Of a stretch of 64,000 nt of DNA, positions 37,500 to 48,906 are shown one piece after another. The notes beneath the pieces were generated by a model. The model was not told where the DNA came from. It searched no databases and was given only the letters and a program-made list of their open reading frames with translations. The DNA is from Raillietiella orientalis (Eukaryota): positions 1,364,001 to 1,428,000 of the forward strand of contig JAYWIR010000024.1 in the NCBI GenBank assembly GCA_036172245.1. The letters run 5' to 3'. The position numbers and the translations under genes are program-made. The number at the start of each line of letters is the position of its first letter. Position 1 is the stretch's first letter.

Positions 37500-39050
37500 G
37501 ACTCGAGGACTTCGAGCTGATCCGTCGGAAAGCAGGCATGAGCGTCAACAGGACGAAGCTCATGGTCGTACCGGTGGGCGAGTCGTGGAAGGAACAGGCC
37601 TGCGTTACTCACGGGCAGTATCGCCGCCGCGATTATTGCTAGTTGAAAACCTACTGGATCCGCTTGAGGTTCCCCATGGACAGGTGCTTCAAGTGCCTTG
37701 GAGTTCCGTTTGGCGACTCCTGCGCTGCAGAAGCATGGTCGGCCTGCCTTCAGAAGGCAGAGATGGCTCTCCGTTGCTCGATGGCAGGAGAGGGCCTCTA
37801 TCTGAAACACCTTTTTTCTCCCTCCTCCGCCCCTTTTTTTTTGTTTGTCCACTCTCTTATTCGGTGGAGATCCGTGCGCAGCGCTTCCTGAGAAAAAAAC
37901 CCTGTGGAGTGCTGCAAGCTCCCGAGACTGTTTGAAAGACTTGGTGGAGCCCCGTCAGGATGCCGGCTTGGGCCTGACCACCAACGAGATCGGATTGCAC
38001 GTGCAATTCTGATTTTTGACCCTTTGTGCCCAATCGTGGAATTGTCACTGGCGTGCTCCGGAACGCCACATACCTCCGGCGATGCTCTGGAAGCGCAGGA
38101 CTTCTTTCGCTGCTACCGCGCTGCCGACACAGGACGTCGGGTTTCGGCTTTCTCCTAAAGCAACTGTCTTCATTGCTTGAATCTCCTGCTGCCCTTAATA
38201 CTGGAATACCTGGCGCCAGGAGGCAATGGAATCCTGGGTTGTCACTCTAGAAGCGCGCCCAGAGAAACTGCCTCCTCCGAGGAAACTTCCATGCAAACCG
38301 CTGGGAGATCTGCAGAACTGCAGGACAGAGAGGTCCCGGATAGACGTCACACCCCTTGCCGCAGCGCTATCTGCCCTCAGGGCAAGCCGTGACGGCAGCC
38401 AACTGGCGGGACGAGAGTTCTCCTGCAGAACTGCAGGAGTCGAGAAAATTCTGGACGGCTGCAAGACGAGCGGGCTGGTGGACGGCTCCGCTCCTCGTTC
38501 CCAGGCAAAGGGACTCCTTCGGTGGAGTGACCTTTTCAGTGTGGTCCCCGAAGAACTCGTGGTCTCCCCTGTGTGCGGACACTTCCGTATTCCCACTCCG
38601 TTGGAAACAGGACTGTTTGGAAACTGGGCTGGGAATCCCGGTGCAACCGGAGCGGTCACCTGGTTTCCAGGGGAGTTGCCTCCCTGAACTGTTCCAGATG
38701 CAGGGCGACGGAATCGTTCCCGCACCTCCTGTTGGGCTGCAATGCCCTGGAGGACATGTGACGGAGACCAGCCTCGGTGGTCCGTCATCCGCAGTTCACC
38801 GCCACGGACTTGCTGCTGAGCTTCTTCACTCAAAGCGGGCCGACGGCGGACGCCGTGATGGTAACGATCTGCTGTCTCCGCGCCATGACGACAGTTCGTA
38901 TTGTGAAGGAGTCTCGTTCGCGGCAAAGGAACGCTAACAGCATAGCAGCCACCTTGATGAGGACGGCTGCAAGGTGGTTCACCTGCCAGAAGTGGCCAAG
39001 GAGAACGCCCCCATACGCATTCGCTTTTTAGGAAGAAAGGAACGATTAAA
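37500..39050 (+). mobile_element. 5'-truncated, decayed L1/Tx1-like LINE ORF2 (RT thumb to zinc knuckle), family A-related
   Basis: FKCLGVPFG...EAWSACLQKAE (~KYLG thumb motif), WKLGW...RGVASLNCSRCRATESFPHLLLGC (CCHC zf-RVT), and C-terminal ICCLRAMTTVR similar to copy 1. Several frameshifts. Confidence 0.7.
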
Positions 39051-39073
39051 ACCAAAGTCTTTGCCCTTCCGTC

Positions 39074-39990
39074 TTTTTTTATTTATTTATTGCCCTCTCC
39101 CTTCGTTCTGAACTTGCATAGAAGCTCCTCTGAAGGGAACCCCGAAGGGACGCGTCCCAATTCTCTGAAGGATTCATCCCGAAGGGAGAAGCGCATTTCT
39201 TGACACTCTGGTGAGGTATCAACCAGCCAGATCCATGGTACGGCCCCATTTTCACAACCAGAGGGGAACCCTGAAGGGCTCCTTGACTTCCGGAAGGAAT
39301 CCAGAGAGTCAACTTCCAATCCGTGCCAGTCAACGGGGGCATTTGGCTTCCTCCAGTGCAACATCCAAATAGGCCAACCATTGCCATCTTGCGGGAGAAC
39401 TCGAAACTCACGACGTACCCATTTCTCGCCGTGCACCCTGCACGCGGGGATTCGAACCCGCAACTCTCGGGCAGGAAATGGGTACGTCGAGCGGGGACCG
39501 CCGCCTCACGACCACCAACTCGGGAAGTGCGTCTTCTCACCATGTTCCCTTCAGTCCGCCTTTTTGACGGGGCTGTGATTCCAGAGGGTGCTTTCGGTGC
39601 GGGTGGTGACATATCCCACTCCCATTCCGGGAACATTGAATGTTCGAGTCTCTCTGCATGCCGGCTGTGTTCTCCGCCTGCTCCCTGGTGCTTTGTCCTT
39701 ACTTCGTTGCTTGGCGAATCCCAATGTGCCGGCAATCCCACGACGCGCTCCTGCTACGATGGGTCGCTCATTCGGAGGGCAAATGGGTTGCTGATGCTTA
39801 ACAACTGCTCCACTTCTTCCCTCTTCACTCTTCCAGCATGGTTGCTTAATACCGCAAGGGGCACATGCATGACCTTTAGTGTGATCACCTTCCCCTCTTC
39901 TTCGAGCACGAATCTCCGGCTTCAATTTCGAGCCCGTTCCCAGAAAATGGTCGCCAGCCACCAGCTCCCAGCTTTTCCCAGATAGCCCCC
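39074..39990 (-). mobile_element. LINE-like 3' fragment, family B copy 1, with (TAAA)n/A tail
   Basis: Nucleotide and peptide similarity to 43080-43560(+): GFESPRAG..FEF/LPQD..GWP..APVDW.GLEVD..PSGCENGA. Ends AATAAATAAATAAAAAAA on the - strand. Confidence 0.65.
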
Positions 39991-41321
39991 TTGATGTGGG
40001 TCACCAGCTCGTCTCGCCTCTCGGCGATCACGGTCTAGTTGTTGGTGCATCGGTTGCGTCATCTCTGGTGAGCGAAGGCCCGCACAGGCATGAAGCTGCC
40101 CTTTGCTGATGCTTAGCTGATTTTCTGCAGCATTTTCATACGCCGCCGTCTCAGACGCCAATCCCCCAGTCGCCACGGAAGCTTTACGAACTTCCATCTC
40201 TCTCTGATTCTATTTATTAGCCCCTCCTCTCCGCACCCCCCATTTTCGCGACGTCCCACTACTCGTCCTCCTTCACCTCGGACCACCCCCAGCCGGAGTG
40301 ATTCCTATCGTGCGAACACCCCGGAATTCGAAAAGACTACGATCCCATCCGGCACGAGGAGCATTTCCACGTGTCCCCCATTCGCTTCCTCTGATCAAAC
40401 GACCGACGGTGCTCCTGAACTGGGAATCGGGAAAGAAATCCCGCTCCCGCGTCAGATTCGCAGATCCTTCGGCAGGGGGAACGCAGCAGCCGTCTGCCGC
40501 AACCTCTGGAGCTCCCGTTTTCTCCTTCCACCTTTCAGAACGCTTCCAAACATTCAAGAAAATCTGGGGAAGAAGAACAGCCGTCCTCCGGCTGTTCGTT
40601 TGCTGCGACTCGGCAAGCAGCTGTGCCGGTTTCTTGCATTTGCACGTCTGCTAGCTCTTTGAGAGGCCTTCGAGCTGCCTCAGAACCATCTGGGAAACAG
40701 CTCCAGCACGGATGAGTGGCTTGAAGCAACTGATCTTTTGAATCGGGAAAGAAGGAAGAGGACTGGACCTCAGCTGAATGCAACACCGACTGTCGGCTTG
40801 GTAAATGGAAAGAAAGGCAGCTGCCCTGAAGATGGAAACTCCCTACGACTGGTTGATGGCTCCAATTGCTTTCCTCATGAAAAAAGATGGCTGACATCTT
40901 CCATTTTGTTAGGACCGCATTGGGTGTTCCATTTAGAATAGGCTCACACATTTTCTCCTGGAGCTTTCTTCTTTTTCACGTCTCTCTTCAAAGGTCGTCC
41001 CGAGATCGGGTTCTCACGGCACGTAGGGGAGTTCCATTTGAGACCAAACCAAAGTCTCTTCGAGCCCTAACGCAACTCGTCTCTTTTCTATCCACATTCT
41101 TCCTTCAGATCCGTATTAAGGTCCACTCGATGAAGGTCTGCATCCCAATTTACCTTGAATTCTACTCGCGCGCTTCTAAATTCGAGAAGTCACTTTTGCC
41201 TTGCCTAGGGCGGAGACGCAATGTCTTCCCATTCTGGAGCTCTGGAGTTGGTTCCGTAGCCTTTCACAGGACTCTTCAGAGTCGTTGAAGCACCATACTA
41301 AGGGTGAAAGATTTCCTGTGC

Positions 41322-41761
41322 TGATCAAAATCCCTAAAGACCACGAAAAATGTATACTTGTAAAAAATGTATACAACTTCATTTTATCATGCGTATTTAT
41401 TAACGTACATATTATTAAAAGAAACATTATTGGAGTAGATATGTTTATTAAGGTTCAGTGACGCACATTTTATCAATAAAGTCAATAAGCTGTTGATTAC
41501 ATTCTTGATATATAGATATTAACGATTACAAAAAAATAAATTCATGTGCTTATTATATATATTTATATGGATTAACATATATCATTAAGATATATGGATT
41601 AACATATTAACATACATACTATAAAAAATAAATATACATGACTTATCATGTACATTCGTATATGCATTTATATCAAGGTTAATACATGAATTAATAATCA
41701 TTCATAATCTTTCGGGATTTTGATCATTAGGGATTTCGGCGTTCAGGATTTTGAACCCGAC
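41322..41761. mobile_element. MITE-like non-autonomous DNA transposon remnant with AT-rich interior
   Basis: tgatcaaaatccctaaaga (41322-41340) is the reverse complement of tctttcgggattttgatca (41708-41726) with 1 mismatch. The right end carries further GGATTT repeats. The interior is extremely AT-rich. Confidence 0.6.
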
Positions 41762-42429
41762 TAAGATTCCAGTCGTATCATATTACAGGTCAACTCTCTC
41801 ACAATCCACCGACAAATATCGACGTTTGCCTGCTCGAAACCGCCTGCCTAGGTGGGGTTTCTTCGTGTCCGGTGTCTAGGGGTGTTTGGAGTCGAGCAGG
41901 GTTGCCAGTAGCCAGAAGTAAAACAGGTCACCGGGAGAGGATATGAGGTGTCTATTTCTCCAGTGAAAGGCAAGCTCTGGATTCCCGGGGAAAAGTGAAG
42001 ATTCAGAGGAACGCGTCTCTGTGGGATCTTGATTTGAGGGAACACCACAGGGAATGAGCGCCACGGTGGCATTGTCACCTGCAGGCTTTTCATCGGAATT
42101 TCCCGGCTTAGAAAGTGGAAATAGGGAGATCCCCTGGGATTCCGAGATGCTTGCAGGGAGTGAGGAAACGCGAGAAAGCTAATTTTCGCAGTTGGTAGGC
42201 CACCTGTTAACAACCAATCAGACGTTCGCTGATCGCAGTGCGGTGACTGCGAATTAGAAAAAAAAAAAGAAAAAAAGAAAGCCCTTCTTCTGGAGTTGTT
42301 CCAGGATTTCCGAGGATTGTCTTTGCCATGAGAAAGAGGCGCGCCCATTATCGGACCCGCGAGATAAGCTCTGCTATCGAGAACAATCGCGGGAACAGTG
42401 TTGGGCTGCTTTCACATAGCCGTCAACTC

Positions 42430-43776
42430 TTGTTGTGCCTTTGAATGAAACAGGGAAAAAGAAAAATCAGCCTCCGGACGAACCTGAACCAGCACTCGGT
42501 TCCAGATAGTCCCTCACAGACGGCGCCGAATGCATCCTGAAGTCCCTGAATCCTTCTCGGTGACCGATTTCGCGCTGCCTCGAGACGATCAGCATTCCGC
42601 CTCCTTTGCCTCATTGCCGGCACGCGTTGCCACAGTGCGGCAGCGATTCTGTGGAACTCCCTCGACGTGACTGTCCACTCATCGCCCGACTTTTTGGACT
42701 TTGGAGGCCGTTCTTCGCGAAAACGAGCGAAGTCGCCACTTGACTGGCACCTGGCAAACGTGGTGCTGGCGGTGCGTCGCACCGCAAGGAAAACGGAGTG
42801 CAGCATGGGCGGCCGTCAAGGGATGGCCTTCCGCAAGCTCCTTTCCCGCGTCGCCATGGTCGAGGTAGGCGAAGGAGTGGGAGTAGCTCCCGTAGACTCC
42901 CGCCTCTCAGGAGGCGCTTTCTGCGCGCTCTTTGAGGTGCCTAGGGCGAAGACCAAGTGGATGGACCGCGTGGAACTGGAGGAGATCAGGATGTATAGGG
43001 AAACAAGAGGGTCTGCCGTCCGCAATGACCTCTCGGAGTTCCTCGCGGATGTGCTCGCACTCTACGATGGCACCTACGACGACCGTCTGCGCGAAGGCCG
43101 CGTGGCTGCGGTCTCTGTTCGTGGCACCAAGCGTTTTGGGTTCGGATCCCCACGTGGAGCATCGATGCCGAGAAATGGGCGCCTCATGGGTTTCGAGTTC
43201 CTCCCACAAGATGACCCTGGTTGGCCTGTTCGGGTGCGGCTCTGGTGGAATCTGGATGCCCCTGGTTGACCTGTAGGTTTTGGGTGCTGCCATAGTGGGA
43301 ACCGGATGCCCCCGCTGACTGGTCGGGATTGGAAGTCGATCCTCCGTGGTCCTTCCAGGAATCAGGGAGGCGGTTCCCTTCGGAATTCCCCTCCGGCTGT
43401 GAAAATGGAGCCGTTTCCTTCCTCGGGGGAGGAAACCTCCAACACGTACCATGGAGCCGGTGGATCGATACTCCTCCAGGATGTCAGAAGTGGGCTGTTC
43501 CTTCAGGGAGTGCCCTTCAGAAAAATTTGGAAGCGTCCCATCGGGATTCTCTTCAGAAAAGGAAACAAGGAGCAGATCCTTTCTGGATCCACTCTGGAGA
43601 GAATAAGAGAGAAGCTTCCTTCGGGGTTCCCTCCCAAGCGTAAGAGGAGCCTTCCTGGATTCATAGGGTATCCCTATAACTTTAAGAGTTACACACACCC
43701 TCGGGTGGCGTGTGCTAGGGATTTTCGTGAGCCCCTAGGCGAACCGTTCTTTGGTACTTAGCGGACCAAAAAAAAA
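42430..43776 (+). mobile_element. LINE-like 3' fragment, family B copy 2: degenerate zf-RVT, extended C-terminal ORF, structured 3' module, poly(A)
   Basis: RCLETISIPPPLPHCRHA (zf-RVT-like), ORF 42667..43269, then a ~500-nt module ending GTACTTAGCGGACC-A9 that is shared with 57566-57995. Confidence 0.65.
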
Positions 43777-43789
43777 CAGGAAGCACGCA

Positions 43790-44100
43790 CTCACCCAGAG
43801 GATACCGTGGGGGATGCTCCACGATAGAGAACCGGCAATACTGATCCAAGAGTAAAGTCTTCGGGAGAATAAAGTGCTCCGTCCTGGACTGCGGCGGGGA
43901 CACTTCCAAGCTGGAGAGAACTTTAATGGCGGATGGGTGGATTCGTTGTCCACGAGGGAGAGGAGGGTATTGGGATTTCCGTGGTGGTGGTCCAGGAGAC
44001 AGAGTTTGTGAGGACAAAGGAGAAGGAAGCGACTGAAAGAGGAACAGCCGGCACAACCCGTGCAAGAAGAGTAGCATCAAAGGGCGAACGAATCAACGTA
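43790..44100 (+). mobile_element. Possible decayed ORF1/gag-like remnant of an L1/Tx1-like element
   Basis: LPSW..GGFVVHEG followed, after a frameshift, by WDFRGGGPGDRVCE, resembling a degenerate CX2CX4HX4C knuckle. Confidence 0.2.
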
Positions 44101-44969
44101 CGTGAGCTAGTCCTTGTCGGAGGAAAACTCTCCTCGCGGCCCTAAGCGTCCCGGAGCGATGACGCTCCTTTCCTCCTCCCTTTCAGGAGTAGCCCAAGCT
44201 GAAGCGGGGAACTTCTTCGAGCAAAATGGCGCTCTTTTCTACCAGTTCGTTTGCAAGCGTCTTGAAGCTCGAAGGTAAGAAAAAATGAATTTTGTTTGGA
44301 CAGTTTATAGAGGTCCATGAACGCTCACGTCAAGTCCATCGTAAAGACAAATGACGAAGAGAATCTTGCAATGAGGTGCAGTGGGACTGAGCAAGAAATT
44401 CAGAAGAAAAAGCGTTTCTTTCTTCGCCTGCCAGATCGGCTGCTTACGAGATGAAAAACATCAGAGAAGCACAATAAGGGAATCCCTAGGAGCTCCGTTT
44501 CAGAGACGCTGCTCATTTTTTTGTTTTCTATTCAGGGACACCACACTCCAGGGGAAAATCCTACCTCCACAAAATCGTCTTCGTAGGCGAACAGCATCGT
44601 AGGCGTCAAAGCACTTCGATTCGAAAATGGATGGAGGTTAAACCGTGCCAAAAGTCGGCACCAAACACCAGTTTCTCGTTTTCCTTTCCTCGTGCGCGGC
44701 ACCCTACTTTTCTTCTCAAGGTGAGTCTTTCAAGTCGCTCACCCTGTATTTTTTGATGGCACTGGTGGCCGCCTCGCCGATCGCGCACGGCGAGGCCATG
44801 CAGCGAAGCAGCACTTGGACCGGACCGGTTTGTATCTTTTTTTTTTTTTCCTGTTTGCTCGGACTCGCTTGCAGTGAAGGTGGTCGGTGGAAATCCACAG
44901 ACGACCCAGGGAGATGCTTCCGCGATTATTCAGCAGCAACAACACTACCACTCACGTCTCCTGCACCAT

Positions 44970-45330
44970 CGAAGGAAAAATACTTAGGTACAAGTAGTCC
45001 ACGAGGGAATGTGTATGCAAATGGGGCATCCCATCGACAGGATGGGAAAGGGGCAATTCGGTTGCAAATACAAGACTGGGCGATTCAGGAAATGGGCAAC
45101 GCGATCCCGGTTTCTTGAAGATCCAAGGGAAAACTGGATCGAGCTTTGTTAATTCTCTCACTAGGGAGGAACGGAAGTTTCCTGCAGCCTGACATGCTGG
45201 ACTGTTCAAGTTGAATGCTGCAACACTACGCAACGTCATTCTGGACTGAAAACATATATTGATGGCTCACCTTTCAATGGGAACATGCCCGCTTTCATCA
45301 GTAAGTTCGAATCACATGAGATGAAAGCAT
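44970..45330 (+). mobile_element. Decayed L1/Tx1-like RT-thumb remnant
   Basis: KEKYLG followed, across frameshifts, by KWATR..LKIQGK...FVNSL, matching the L1/Tx1 post-RT W..R.LS..GK....NSL pattern. Confidence 0.4.
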
Positions 45331-47746
45331 GCAGAAGAAATCCGCATTCTTTAGTATTCATGAAAGTTCTTCAGCAGCTGTTGCAGACCAGCAAAGCAAA
45401 AGGTTTCTTTTTGCTGTGAACTAAACCTCCTAGCAATTAGGAGATATCCCTCTTTTGGATAACAGCAAATAGGTGCAATCTAACGTACCGAATGCCATTG
45501 GTATTCATGGTTCACAATGATCTTCTGACCATATATAACACTCAAACGAATACGATGCTCCTCGAAAGCTTACAGTGAGAAGAGGAAGGTCGGTTCTTAT
45601 CATCCACCGCTAATCCAAACCGTGAAATGCAACTACCAGTTATCTGGCTGCATCCATCACAATTTTGTACCTATTTATTAAGGTAGGTAATTATCATACA
45701 TTCTCATGGTATGAGTGTACTGTTGGGATTTTTTGTAGCGTATGAAATGAATTGGAATCATACTGCATTTGATTTTATTGAGTGCACCAACAGACTACAT
45801 TTTTGTGTATGCAAAATTATAAGTTGTGTAATGGCGAAATAGTTATAATACCACAACTACTGTATACTGTCTCAGTTACATGGAAGAATCGCGAAAACTG
45901 AATGAAAAATGTACTCTGAAATGCAACTGACCTGATTCGGTTTGAAGGTGGTCTAAGGCCAAAGAGTCTGTTCGCCGAGGGTCATCATATATAACCAAAA
46001 GATAACTGACAGATTAGGGATGACTCGATGTTTGAGACTATGTTGAGCATTTAAAAAGAAGCAGTCTTCTCTGTAGAAATGTGGCGACAACGGGCCTTGA
46101 CAGAATTGGTGCATTTTCACGATGCCTTCATTGAGAGATGACAATTCGCCTTTTCAACCAACAGAGCTCTTTTTCGATTCATATTTGTGTCTTCGAAATT
46201 ACTCTTCATGTTGGTGGAATGTAGAAGAGTGGAATGAAGAAGAGCACTCTTGAAGAGGGCGGGTATTGAAAATTCAAGTGTTTTTGCATTGCAGTTTTTT
46301 TTTTTTTTTTTTACATTACATTTCTTTAATCGACTTCTAGGTTTGAGAAATCACTGTACACACTCACAATACATGTAAGAAGTACAAATGCATGAAAATG
46401 ACCGTGTAAGAAACTAAAATGCTGAGACAAGAGAGAGAGAGAGAGACAAAAGCATTCCAAAAGAATACGGTACCAAGTTTTCCTTGGTCAACCAAAATCT
46501 TTTTTTTTTTTACCTCTTTCCTTTCTACCAGTGTGTGAGGACATCCGACGCTTTTGGTAAGACTTTTAGTAACAGGGAAAGAACAAACTATACGAGTCTA
46601 CATTTCATCTTTCGCCTTCAAAAGAGAAAAAGAAAAAAAAAAGGGAAAAAGAGAAACAGTCGACGAAAAATGTGCTTTAAGAAAGTGCTTGAAAGAAAAA
46701 CGAGGGAGAGCAGCAAGCTTCAAAACATCAGACTATCTTATCCAGGAAAGTCATTAAATAACTATGAATATTGCATAGCAGCTCCCCGAGTTGGCTGGAA
46801 AAAAATGTATCACCTAAAAAACCCAGGGTTCTGAATATGTTGGGTATTATTATTTGGACTAAATATGATTCGATTGGAATCTATTGAAGGAAGAGGAGCA
46901 CATTTAGTAACACACCAGAAATTTCCATTTCTGCTGGTGCAGATTCATGGAATAGTATCTCATTTTCAGAGTCGGATTTCATATCACGAAACCCATGGTA
47001 GATACAGATGCCGGCAGCACTCCCAGCCATTAATCTTCTTCTTCCCGAATTCCGTTAAGCTGGATCCAGGGAAAACACCTCCATATGGTGGTGATGACAT
47101 TCGGTCTCACCAGCAGCACAACAGCTGTTTTGCTTCGAGGAAAGTGGGTCCCCCTCATGCGATCACCTCGTCCACATAATCCTTGATGAGTTTCCATCAG
47201 CCCGGCTTTCGAGAAGCGCCCCAGCTTCACCATGCAATGTTTCTTGCCTTCGGCCGTGCTGCAGGGCCGACTCTGCAAGAGGAGGGCACACTCGAACCCG
47301 GGCGCACATGGGATAAATAGCATACCAGTTCACGGTGGGGACCCATACCAAGGATCTGTGAGGCAGGCGGCAAGCGGGAGATCGAGGACGCACGTGAACC
47401 CGGGAGCTTTGCTGCAGCCACGGGCATATTGCATTTCATCAATAGGATCCGTTTGCAGCTATTTGTATATCTTGTTTCATAAACAGGGTCATCCTGGATC
47501 GAATGACGATGCAAGTGACAGCTGTACAGAGAGAGGGCTTCGGATTGTAACACGAACAAGTTTTGGTGATTAAGACTTGAAGCAGCTCAGAAAGGTAATT
47601 TTGTGTCAGGTTTTTCTTTTTTTCTTTTTTTTTTTTTTTTACTTGGTATTCTTGAATTTGGGTCCTATGGTCTTTTGTAATGTATGCTCTGTGATGTGAA
47701 AATATTTTTATCTGAAAATATTTTTTTGTGTAGCCTGCTCCCAATC

Positions 47747-48906
47747 ATGCAAAGCCGTTTGTGTCAGAAGCTAAGTAGTGATAATTTGGAAACTTTCCTC
47801 GCATCGTTTGATGCTATATTATTTGATTGTGATGGTACGTCAGTTAAGTAAACCCTCAATGTAAAGCCATATATATCAGGCGTGTTGTGGTTGCAAACTG
47901 AAATTATTCCTGGTGCAGTGGAGGCAGTGCAAGCACTAAAGAGAATTGGCAAAAAAACCTTCTATGTCACGAATAACAACTGTATTACACGTTTTCAGTT
48001 CTTGGATAAATTACAGAGTTTTGGATTTGATACCTCATTGGTAGGTGCAGAAATGTACAATGTTGGTGCAAAGATGATTGCAAAATTTTACAACCGCTTT
48101 TCCTTTAGAATGAGACTTACTGTACTTCCTATATTACAGCATTCTATCTAGAAAACCTTAATTTTAAAGACACTGTTTATTTGATAGGAAGTGAAGGCAT
48201 AGCCAAAGAATTGCAGGCCAAAGGGATTAGTCATTATGGAAGCGGAGTAGGTTACATTAGTTTAATTCTTTTGTTTCAAAGTACTCATTAGCCTGATCCC
48301 CTGATGACAGATGTATCCGAACTTATGCATGAATCACTTTTAAAGGAGAATGTAAAAGCAGTAGTTGTTGGTTTTGATGGCCACTTTAGTTTTCCTAAAA
48401 TTGCAAAAGCTTGTAGCTACCTAGTTGATCCAGCTTGTCTTTTTATTGGCACTAATACAGATGAACAATTGCCATGTTTGAATAAAAATTTGATTTTACC
48501 AGGTATACATTATCTGTATAGAGTGTTAAAAAAAACTAGGAATTCACTGATTCTTCTAGGAACAGGATGCATGGTACGTGCAATAGAAACAGGATCTGGA
48601 AGAAAAGCAATCATTATGGGAAAACCTAATCCAACACTGTTTAAACTAATCCAGATGCAGCATGGGCTGGAAGCTAATCGTACATTAATAGTTGGAGACA
48701 GATGTAATACAGACATACAACTTGGTTACTCATGTGGATTGCTTACATTATTGGTTTTAAGTGGAATCACCACAAGAACGCATCTCCACAATTTCCTGGA
48801 AGGTCATGAAGAGGAAATTGGTCCATGGGTTCCTGATTACTATATAGCCTCCTTAGGAAGCCTTGCTAATTTGCTGAAGGAAAGTAAACCTGCAGAGGCT
48901 CACTAG
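47747..48906 (+). CDS. PGP: HAD-superfamily class IIA phosphatase (phosphoglycolate/glycerol-3-phosphate phosphatase, PGP/PDXP-like), 314 aa, 5 coding exons
   Basis: Exons 47747-47834, 47880-48040, 48109-48246, 48292-48502 and 48560-48906 sum to 945 nt in frame. HAD motif I FDCDGVLW, motif II VTNN, cap AVVVGFD..F...K, motif III GKP, motif IV GDRCNTDI. GT-AG introns of 45, 68, 45 and 57 nt. PGP versus a PDXP-type paralogue is not resolved. Confidence 0.92.

Noticed and set aside
39440..39470. Perfect tRNA B-box-like GGTTCGAATCC on the - strand
   Set aside because: No A-box or cloverleaf; it lies in the LINE family B frame (GFES), and the paralogous copy reads GGTTCGGATCC
40210..41290. GC-moderate block within the LINE cluster
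   Set aside because: Probably another decayed LINE piece on the - strand, but I could not identify a diagnostic motif
46206..46245. TGGAATGTA, similar to the 5' end of miR-1
   Set aside because: Diverges after 9 nt and has no complementary hairpin arm
46900..47560. Coding-looking fragments on the - strand (NWYAIY, WKLIKDYVDEVI) upstream of PGP
   Set aside because: Broken frames and no family recognised; probably a TE remnant, left uncalled
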